NCBI RefSeq assembly: GCF_006345805.1
Contig: NW_021826613.1
Coordinates: forward strand, 1-12,000
Source of the DNA: Octopus sinensis
Lineage: Eukaryota
Length of the DNA: 12,000 bases
Direction: 5' to 3'
Positions within the stretch are counted from its first letter, which is position 1, and the number at the start of each line of letters is the position of its first letter. A program made the translations under genes and the position numbers. Shown here in pieces: positions 1-7,575 of the stretch. The notes under the pieces are model-generated. The model was not told the origin of the DNA. It did no database searches and saw only the letters and a list, made by a program, of their open reading frames with translations.

Positions 1-314
1 GATGTACATAGATTTATATATTTCTTGTTGTAGTTTGATTTTAACATTAGTGTTTAATTCTGCCTATATTTAGAGAGAATACTGTTGTACATAGGGTAAA
101 TGTGTTTGAAGGTTGTTTGAAAGTTGTGGGTTTTTTTTGGTAAATTTGTTCCGAAACAACACATCTTTTAGTGCTGTTGACACCCCGCCGGATTGAATAG
201 TACTGCAAGATGTCGAAAATATAATAATATCTGTGCGGCAGCTGATGATGGGGGTGTGTTGGATTGTTGGTATGCTGTTTTTGTATATGTGGAACAGTGT
301 TATGACAATCCTTT

Positions 315-325
315 TGATATATATT

Positions 326-359
<34 letters not shown>
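315..359. repeat. (TA)n microsatellite
   Basis: Near-pure TA dinucleotide run directly abutting the 3' end of the minus-strand element at 360-528. Confidence 0.95.
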
Positions 360-528
360 GTTAATCCAAACAAGAAAGCACAAAAAACACAACAACGCGA
401 GGATGTGGAAAAATATAGTATTATTGGACGCTCAGGAAAGAAGGAAAGAAGGAAAGAGATCCTCGTCGGAAACATAGGAGAAGGAAAGATCCAGAGAAGG
501 GAAGACAGAGGGAAAAAAATCGCCAACG
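360..528 (-). mobile_element. Short non-autonomous repeat, PLE pseudo-LTR-like, with decayed hammerhead motif; homologous to 3068-3257
   Basis: The reverse complement (cgttggcgattttttt...ggatctttcc..cctatgtttccgacgagg...cgtccaataa...tgtttggattaac) aligns by eye with 3068-3257. The HHR core is mutated to CCGACGA (plus 463-469), and the 3' half of stem II and GAAAC are deleted. Confidence 0.7.
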
Positions 529-556
529 CGGTCACATTTTGACCTATATATATATA

Positions 557-725
557 GGGAGAGTTTACGAAAAAAACAAAAGACGAAGACAGGAGGTGTA
601 GAAAACAAATAGATGTATTAGTATAGCGCTCAGGAATAGAAAAGGTCTTTTACGTTTCGAGCCTACGCTCTTCTGCAGAAAGGGACACAGAAAAAACAAG
701 GAGAGCAACAAGGAGAGAAAAAAAC
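557..725 (-). mobile_element. Short PLE pseudo-LTR-like element (related subfamily) carrying a hammerhead motif
   Basis: The minus strand has the same layout as 3068-3257: pyrimidine-rich leader, HHR motif, ttcctgagcg..taat..tatttgtt, then a 3' end running into (TA)n at 545-556. Confidence 0.6.
647..682 (-). ncRNA. Minimal type I hammerhead ribozyme motif (A6>C, probably inactive)
   Basis: Minus strand reads CTTT-CTGCAGA-A-GAGC gtag GCTC-GAAAC-GT-A-AAAG: 4-bp stem I, 4-bp stem II, palindromic ACGT stem III and a GUA site. The core is CUGCAGA instead of CUGANGA. Confidence 0.6.
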
Positions 726-731
726 CAGAGA

Positions 732-880
732 GACCGACTTCTTTGAGGTTTTCTTTACGAAATCCACTCCCAAAGCATTGGTCGGCCCCGAGGCTAGAGG
801 AGAATACACTTTCCCAGTGGGACTGAGCTCGGAACCATATGGTTGGGTAGCAAGCTTCTTAGCACACACCTACTTCAAAC
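732..880 (-). mobile_element. Degenerate 5' part of tRNA-derived SINE family A
   Basis: aatccactcccaaagcattggtcggccccgaggct...agtgggactgagctcggaaccatatggttgg matches the 4700-4850 copy, with a ~12-nt deletion and many substitutions. Confidence 0.8.
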
Positions 881-899
881 AAATAGAAAAATTATTCTC

Positions 900-1245
900 A
901 CAGACACATACACATACACTCCCACACACATACACACTCACATACAATACACGAACACACACACACTCACATACATACACGAACACACACATACACATAC
1001 ACATATATAGACACTCACATGCATACACGTACATATACACACATGCTCACATATAATACACGAACGCACATACATACACACTCACATTCACGAACACACA
1101 TACTTACACACACGAATACCCACGTACATATACACTCACATATATACACAAACACACACATACGCACACACATACATGAACACACACATATACACTCGCT
1201 TATACACACGCACAGACACACACACGCTCACACATACGCACATAT
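900..1245. repeat. Imperfect (CA)n/(CATA)n tract with recurring acacgaac / cactcacat sub-motifs
   Basis: Direct reading. The His/Thr-rich ORFs here are translation artefacts. Confidence 0.9.
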
Positions 1246-1277
1246 TTTATAGCAATGTCATACATCAAAACGCATAC

Positions 1278-1393
1278 GCATTGGTCGGCCCGGGGCTATA
1301 GCAGAAGACACTTGCCCAAGATGCCACGCAGTGGGACTGAAACCGGAACCATGTGGTTGGTTAGCAAGCTACTTACCACACAGCCACTCCTGC
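1278..1393 (-). mobile_element. SINE family A, tRNA-like head only
   Basis: Nearly identical to 4748-4859. The minus strand has A-box-like TGGCTGTGTGG and B-box-like GGTTTCAGTCCC. Confidence 0.9.
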
Positions 1394-1842
1394 ATAGATA
1401 TATAAATACAAAACACAGAATTCTTCTGATAAATACTCAGACACACGAATACATACCGGAAGATAATCATAAACACACCGACATAGAGACATATACATGG
1501 TGACATACACAATTATTGTCAGATACACACGCACACACATATACACGTTCGCATATGCACACACGCACTCAAATATTCGCTAATTCACAGCGACAAGGTG
1601 GAAGAAACCGGTACGCTTTAAATTAAATCTGATTTAAATTTAAATGCAATTAATTCAAATAAAAATAATTACGAAGTCAATTACGACCTTAACACGATTT
1701 TACTTAATGCATTCATGTGTTCATGAGTGCATGCGCCTCCTCCCGCGCATGCGAATTTATACGTACACATATTCACGCGAGCACTCTCGTACACAGCACA
1801 ACACACATATATGTAGTCACCTCCAACACACAATTTCGATAC

Positions 1843-1930
1843 ATACATATATATATATTATTATATATAGTATATATATATGTAATATATATGTATATAT
1901 ATATATATAATATATAATATATGTGTTATA

Positions 1931-1987
<57 letters not shown>

Positions 1988-2040
1988 TATATATATTTTA
2001 AATATATGTATATATATATATGTATATATTGTATATATAT

Positions 2041-2075
<35 letters not shown>

Positions 2076-2238
2076 ATATATATATATATAATATATTATA
2101 TCTATGTATAATATATTATATATATGTATATATATATATATGTATATATATGTATATATATATATGTATGTATATATAATGTATATATTGTATATATCTA
2201 TTATATGTAATGTATATATAATATATGTATATATATAT

Positions 2239-2270
<32 letters not shown>

Positions 2271-2309
2271 GTAGTAGTATATGTATATATATTGTATATA
2301 TATATGTGT

Positions 2310-2352
<43 letters not shown>

Positions 2353-2373
2353 GTATATATATATATATATATA

Positions 2374-2410
<37 letters not shown>
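1843..2410. repeat. Very long (TA)n microsatellite with (TG) interruptions
   Basis: About 570 bp of TA-dominated sequence. Confidence 0.97.
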
Positions 2411-2412
<2 letters not shown>

Positions 2413-2413
2413 T

Positions 2414-2500
2414 GGAGGCGCAATGGCCCAGTGATGGGGCAGCGGATTTGCGGTTGTGAGATCGTGGTTTCGATTCCCAGACCGGGCGTTGTGAGTGTTT
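2414..2500 (+). mobile_element. tRNA-derived SINE head, family C
   Basis: GGAGGCGCAA-TGGCCCAGTGATGG (A box, from 2424) ... GGTTTCGATTCC (B box, 2466-2477) with tRNA-like spacing. It has no convincing acceptor stem, so it is not a tRNA gene. Confidence 0.75.
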
Positions 2501-2523
2501 ACTTGGTTTCTCTCGTCGAAAAG

Positions 2524-2660
2524 TTTTAGTCGCACAAATTGACTCAGGTACTTTTTTTTAAGCCTAGTACTTATTTTATCGAGACTATATACCGAGCCGC
2601 TAGGTTATCGGGACGTAAACACATAACATCGCTGGTCAAGCTAGGTGGGTGGACGAAGAC
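2524..2660 (-). mobile_element. Degenerate 3' body of SINE family A
   Basis: aagcctagtacttattttatcg...ccgagccgctaggttatcgggacgtaaacac...gtcaagc aligns with 4572-4670. Confidence 0.75.
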
Positions 2661-2685
2661 AATACAAAGTGAACACGCATTAATT

Positions 2686-2776
2686 ATATATATATATATA
2701 TATATTAATCGTGTCTGACTTTGTATATATATATATATTTAGAAATATGGTTGCATGCTTTTCTTTTACTATTCTA

Positions 2777-2828
<52 letters not shown>

Positions 2829-2887
2829 TAATGCGTGTCTGACTTGTATCTATATATATATTAAGAAATATGGTTGCATGCTTTCTT

Positions 2888-2939
<52 letters not shown>

Positions 2940-3040
2940 TATATATATATAAATTATATATATAGATATATATATATATATATATATTATGTGCGCGTGT
3001 GTATGTGTGTGAGTGTGCATATATATATATATATATATGC
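2686..3040. repeat. (TA)n tract containing two copies of a ~60-bp non-repetitive insert (period ~124 bp)
   Basis: gtgtctgact...agaaatatggttgcatgcttt occurs at 2705-2766 and 2828-2888. Confidence 0.9.
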
Positions 3041-3067
3041 ACACTCACACACAGACCGCGCGTGTAT

Positions 3068-3257
3068 CGTTGGCGATTTTTTCCTCCGTCTTCCCTTCCT
3101 TGGATCTTTCCTCTTCCTATGTTTCTGACGAAGATCTCCGCTCGAAACGTTAAATCCTCCTCCTTTCTTTCCTTTCCTAAGTGTCCAATAACGCTATATT
3201 TGTTCCACGTCGTCGCATTGTTGTGTTTTCTCTTTGCGTTTTTATGTTTGGATTAAC
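3068..3257 (+). mobile_element. Short PLE pseudo-LTR-like element with hammerhead motif
   Basis: Second copy of the 360-528 repeat, in opposite orientation. It contains the HHR motif at 3121-3155 and ends in (TA)n at 3258. Confidence 0.7.
3121..3155 (+). ncRNA. Minimal type I hammerhead ribozyme motif
   Basis: GTTT-CTGACGA-A-GATC tcc GCTC-GAAAC-GT-T-AAAT: intact CUGANGA and GAAA core, stem II with one mismatch, palindromic AACGTT, and stem I of 3 Watson-Crick pairs plus one G-U. Confidence 0.6.
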
Positions 3258-3455
3258 TATATATATATATATATATATCGGTTATAAAATGAGATAGGGG
3301 TTGGAAATTCAACCCACCATGGAATAATATATATCCAATATACTTCTAGAGAGGTACCCAACAAGACTAATACATAAATGTTAAAAATTGCCATGCAATT
3401 AATTCATCTACTGTATTATGTGGGCAAGGGTAAATATATTACCCGTAAATTAATA

Positions 3456-4043
3456 ATACAAAATTAGAAAATGGAGAAACAGACTTTCAATCATCATCAG
3501 CCATCAATGATACCCAATCAATACTTTATTACACCCCATTGCATAACAGCAAGGCATTATACAAAATATATTGTAAATATAATTAGACAAGTAAATAGAA
3601 ATATAAAATATAATATATAATATATAATTATATCATATCTGACAGCTGTTTCGGCCGTGAGGACAAGTATGCCTCATTTAACCTATAAGCCATATAAGGC
3701 AGGTATAATGAGACATTAACAAGGATGTCCCACGGCCTCTATTAAATTCTCTGAAGGGCCGTGGGACATCCTTGTTAATGTCTCATTTATACCTGCCTTA
3801 TAAGGCTTATAGGTTAAATGAGGCATACTTGTCCTCACGGCCGAAACAGCTGTCAGATATGATATAAGTATATATTATATTTTATATTTTATATTTCTAT
3901 TTCCTTGTCTAATTATATTCACAATATATTTTGTATAATGCCTTTGCTGTTATGTAATGGTGTAATAAAGTATTGATTGGGTATCATCTGATGGTTGATG
4001 TTTGATTGATTTAAGTATGTTTCTCCATTTTCTAATTTTGTAT
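3456..4043. repeat. Long inverted repeat (arms 3456-3737 and 3757-4043, 19-nt spacer)
   Basis: The arms are reverse complements along their whole length, e.g. atacaaaattagaaaatggagaaac / gtttctccattttctaattttgtat and ggatgtcccacggcc / ggccgtgggacatcc. There are a few indels, mostly in the outer part. Confidence 0.95.
3748..3857 (+). ncRNA. Type I hammerhead-like motif with a long rod-like stem II (A9 missing)
   Basis: TCT-CTGAAG-[GGCCGTG-GGACA...TGTCC-T-CACGGCC]-GAAAC-agct-GT-C-AGA. Stem III is the palindrome ACAGCTGT and the site is GUC. The mirror arm (ggcctct at 3734-3740) implies an ancestral ...AGAGGCC, i.e. CUGAAGA. Confidence 0.6.
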
Positions 4044-4054
4044 ATATATATATT

Positions 4055-4188
4055 GGCAAAAACGGTAAGATAACAAAAGAAAGGAAGAGACCTCAATATT
4101 ATGTAAATAGAGGAAATTTATCTGTAAAATTTATAATACCACCTCGGCATCCGAAACTCAGAGTTTTATCATGGCTACTAAATAATTG
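4055..4188. mobile_element. Probable repeat fragment between two (TA)n runs, containing the 3' half of an HHR-like motif
   Basis: cctcggcatcc-GAAAC-tcaga-GT-T at 4142-4165 with near-palindromic ACTC-A-GAGT. No CUGANGA is found upstream. Confidence 0.35.
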
Positions 4189-4473
4189 ATATATATATAT
4201 ACATATATATTATATGCGCGCGCATAAATTCGAGCGTCACTGTTTGTGCCCCACTATCGCTATACAACCAGTGTAATTTTCGTTAAGTCCACTTCGGTCA
4301 AATAGCAACCAAACTTCAAATTAAGTATTTGCATCACGTTTTTTAATTTCTTTTTTCTCAAGGCTTTGCATCCATATATCATCCATATAACCCCAGTCCA
4401 ATGAGTGAAACAAGTAAAAGAGAAAAGAGAAAATTCATTAAATGTGATCGTTACATGGAGCTTTCTTCCCTAT

Positions 4474-4865
4474 ACTCTTTACTCTCTTTTACTTGTTTCA
4501 GTCATTTGCCTGCGGCCATGCTGGAGCACCACCTTTAGTCGAGCAACTCGATCCCGGGACTTATTCTTTGTAAGCCCAGTACTTATTCTATCGGTATCTT
4601 TTGCCGAACCACTAAGTTACGGGGACATAAACACACCTGCACCGGTTGTCAAGCAATGCTAGTGGGACAAACACGCACACAAACATACATAAATATATAC
4701 GACGGGCTTCTTTCAGTTTCCGTCTACCAAATCCACTCACAAGGCTTTGGTCGACCCGAGGCTATAGTAGAAGACACTTGCCCAAGGTGCCACGCAGTGG
4801 GACTGAACCCGGAACCATGTGGTTGGTAAGCAAGCTACTTACCACACAGCCACTCCTGCACCTAT
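4474..4865 (-). mobile_element. Near full-length tRNA-derived SINE family A
   Basis: Reverse complement of 7168-7575: head ataggtgcaggagtggctgtgtgg, internal (TA)/(GT) tract, and tail gaaacaagtaaaagagagtaaagagt. Confidence 0.93.
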
Positions 4866-5026
4866 AGGCATTTTTCTTCAAAATTGTTTCAGATTGCCGA
4901 TAAAGTGATGTGTCACACAGCTAACTGTTAAAACTGGATGTTAAAAGCCTTGTCGTTATATCTGATTTTGTATCACTCGCCGAAGACGCTGTTATTGGAG
5001 CAGAAAACTTCTCTGAAGTCTCAACC

Positions 5027-5064
5027 ATTTACATGTATATTATATATATATCTATATTATATAT

Positions 5065-5114
<50 letters not shown>

Positions 5115-5138
5115 CCCACTATATATATATATATATAT
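5027..5138. repeat. (TA)n microsatellite
   Basis: Direct reading. Confidence 0.95.
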
Positions 5139-5139
5139 T

Positions 5140-5300
5140 CATAATTTGGAAACTGACTTATTGGAAGTCCACCTGAAGATTGTCGATCAAGACAAGAAAC
5201 AATTGTATGGCGGTTTTTTTGACTATTTATTAAAATTTTATGTATTGATTAGTCTTTCCTTGTTTGTGTTTGCAAAATAGTGGGTTTTGTCTCTAATAAT
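5140..5300 (+). mobile_element. Short HHR-bearing (PLE pseudo-LTR-like) element flanked on both sides by (TA)n
   Basis: A ~160-bp non-repetitive island between TA tracts, with an HHR motif followed by a T-rich tail. Confidence 0.55.
5169..5210 (+). ncRNA. Minimal type I hammerhead ribozyme motif with intact core
   Basis: CCA-C-CTGAAGA-TTGTC gatcaa GACAA-GAAAC-aatt-GT-A-TGG: perfect 5-bp stem II, palindromic ACAATTGT stem III and a GUA site. Stem I (CCA/TGG) is offset by one nucleotide. Confidence 0.7.
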
Positions 5301-5301
5301 A

Positions 5302-5315
5302 TTTTATATATATAT

Positions 5316-5361
<46 letters not shown>

Positions 5362-5570
5362 TATATTGGGGTGTACCATATCTATACGTATATAGTCTCT
5401 CTAATTCCCTGTCAACACACACTCACAACACACACATACACACACACACATGCACAAAGACATGCATACACATACAAGCATTCAGGAATACTTGGGCATA
5501 CAACAATTTGATCAGATAAAAGAAAGCATGCAACCATATTTCTTAAATACATACACACACATATATATAC

Positions 5571-5602
<32 letters not shown>

Positions 5603-5604
5603 AT

Positions 5605-5643
<39 letters not shown>

Positions 5644-5920
5644 TGCATACAAATACACACACTTATGTATATGTATATACAAACATTTACATATATGTAT
5701 GTCTGTCTGTCTATATATATATATATATATATACACATACACACATATAAAAATATGTGTGAGTCCGTGTGTGTGTGTGTTTGTGTGTTTGAGTATATGT
5801 GTGCGTATTTGTGTGTGTGTGTGTGTGTGTGTGTGTTTGTGTGTTTGAGTATATGTGTGAGTTCGTGTGTGTGTGTGTGTGTGTTTGTGTGTTTGAATAT
5901 GTGTGTGCGTATTTGTGTGT
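5302..5920. repeat. Compound (TA)n/(CA)n/(GT)n microsatellite region; about three copies of gtgtttgtgtgtttgagtatatgtgtg at 5770-5920
   Basis: Direct reading. Confidence 0.9.
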
Positions 5921-6210
5921 GAAACATTCCAGTCACAACGATTTCTATATTTCATGCATCATTGGTAATTCACACTGACTTGACCATTTCAAAAACATCT
6001 CCCACCCCACCCTATCACATTTCCATCTATTATATATATATATACATATATATAATATATATATTGCTTTCTCTCTGTCTCTAACCTTCCCTTCTCTCCT
6101 GTCATTTCTCACACTGTGTCATACACAGAATATCTTTATCACTTTTCATTACCAAAACACATATTGTGAATTGTGTGGAATTTATTTCATGTAATTTGCT
6201 ATGTATAAGA

Positions 6211-6290
6211 CACGGGTGTGGCTGTGTGGTTAACACGCTCGCTTCACGTGGATGTTGGTTCGGGTTCAGTCTCGTCTTGCACAGTTCAAC
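6211..6290 (+). mobile_element. Old degenerate tRNA-derived SINE head (family A-like)
   Basis: gtgtggctgtgtggttaa (A box) ... cgggttcagtctc (B box). Confidence 0.6.
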
Positions 6291-6396
6291 TGACAAATGC
6301 ATATTGAGAGAATTTGGTTGATAGAAACTGTCTGGATGCTCTTCAAGTGTGTGTGTGTGTGTGCGTGTGGTGTGGTGTATATAATATATTGATAAT

Positions 6397-6807
6397 GTGG
6401 CTGTGTGGTAAGTAGCTTGCTAACCAACCACATGGTTCCGGGCTAAGTCCCACTGCGTGGCATCTTGGGCAAGTGTCTTCTGCTATAGCCCCGGGCCTAC
6501 CAATGCCTTGTGAGTGGATTTGGTAGACGGAAACTGAAAGAAGCCTGTCATATATGTATATATATATATTATATTATATATATAATATATATATATATAT
6601 GTGTGTGTGTATGTGCGTGTGTCTGTTTGTCCCCCCCACATCGCTTGACACCGATGCTGGTGTTTTTACGTCCCCGTCACTTAGCGGTTCGGCAAAAGAG
6701 ACCGATAGAAGTACTGAGCTTACAAAGAATAAGTCCCGGGGTCGATTTGCTCGACTAAAGGCGGTGCTTCAGCATGGCCACAATCACTTGATTGAAACAA
6801 GTAAAAG

Positions 6808-6809
<2 letters not shown>
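6397..6809 (+). mobile_element. Near full-length SINE family A (first ~10 nt missing)
   Basis: Collinear with 7168-7575, with a longer internal (TA)(GT) tract. Confidence 0.93.
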
Positions 6810-6839
<30 letters not shown>

Positions 6840-6840
6840 A

Positions 6841-6982
6841 GCAGGGGAGGTTGTGTGGTAAGTAGCTTGGTTCCTACTACGTGGTTTGGGGTTCAGTGCC
6901 ATTGCGTGGTGCCCAGGACAAGTTACTTCTACTACAGCTTCCAAATGACCTACACCTTGCTTGTGGACTTGGCAGAGAGAAA
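6841..6982 (+). mobile_element. Degenerate 5' part of SINE family A
   Basis: tgtgtggtaagtagctt...ggggttcagtgccattgcgtggtgccc...acttctactacagc...gtggacttggcaga matches the family A head at lower identity. Confidence 0.75.
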
Positions 6983-7167
6983 TAGGGGACAAATACGTAC
7001 ACACACACGTATATATCAACAACAACAACAATAAGGATTATTACGAAGATGCATACTATTACCTCTAATTCTTTTAATATAGTAAATAGTAAGAAAGACA
7101 CAGCCTTATAAAAGTAGTAGAGATAGATGTGAGCTTTGCTCTACGGAGATATATGAAATTTTTAAAC

Positions 7168-7575
7168 ATAGGCGCAGGAGTGGCTGTGTGGTAAGTAGCT
7201 CGTTTACCAACCACATGGTTCCGGGTTCAGTCCCACTGCGTGGCACCTTGGTTGAGTGTCTTCTACTATAGCCTCGGGCGGACCAAAGCCTTGTGAGTGG
7301 ATTTAGGAGACGGAAACTGAAAGAAGCCCGTCATATATATGTATATATATATGTGTGTGTTTGTGTGTCTGTGTTTGTCCCCCTAGCATTGCTTGACAAC
7401 CGATGCTGGTGTGTTTACGTCCCCGTCACTTAGCGGTTCGGCAAAAGAGGCCGATAGAATAAGTACTGGGCTTACAAAAGAATAAGTTCCGGGGTCGAGT
7501 TGCTCGATTAAAGGTGGTGCTCCAGCATGGCCGCAGTCAAATGACTGAAACAAGTAAAAGAGAAAAGAGAAAGAG
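7168..7575 (+). mobile_element. Full-length tRNA-derived SINE family A
   Basis: A box TGGCTGTGTGG (7181-7191), B box GGTTCAGTCCC (7224-7234), internal microsatellite and purine-rich tail (aaaagag)n. It may correspond to one of the published octopus OK/OR1/OR2 families, but I cannot assign it. Confidence 0.95.

Noticed and set aside
241-250. CTGATGA hammerhead core-like motif
   Set aside because: No downstream stem II and GAAAC in suitable geometry.
47-535. 162-aa minus-strand ORF, and a neighbouring frame with fragments (FHIYKNSIP, LKDVLFRNKF, LPYVQ) vaguely like a Penelope RT thumb region
   Set aside because: The ORF runs through a repeat element and (TA)n. The motif resemblance is too weak and interrupted by stops to call without a tblastx/HMM search.
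778-2535. Many 60-140 aa ORFs rich in H/T, Y/I or C/V
   Set aside because: They are direct translations of (CA)n, (TA)n and (GT)n tracts or of SINE sequence.
4466-4880. Target-site duplications around full-length SINE A copies
   Set aside because: No convincing direct repeats were seen by eye at this copy or at 6397-6809 and 7168-7575.
4866-5025. Unique-looking segment with a 35-aa minus-strand ORF (MVETSEKFSAPITASSAS...)
   Set aside because: Too short, with no recognisable motif or splice signals.
7168-7245. tRNA gene (also 2414-2480 and 8460-8549)
   Set aside because: A and B boxes are present, but there is no proper cloverleaf, and the heads continue into multi-copy SINE bodies.
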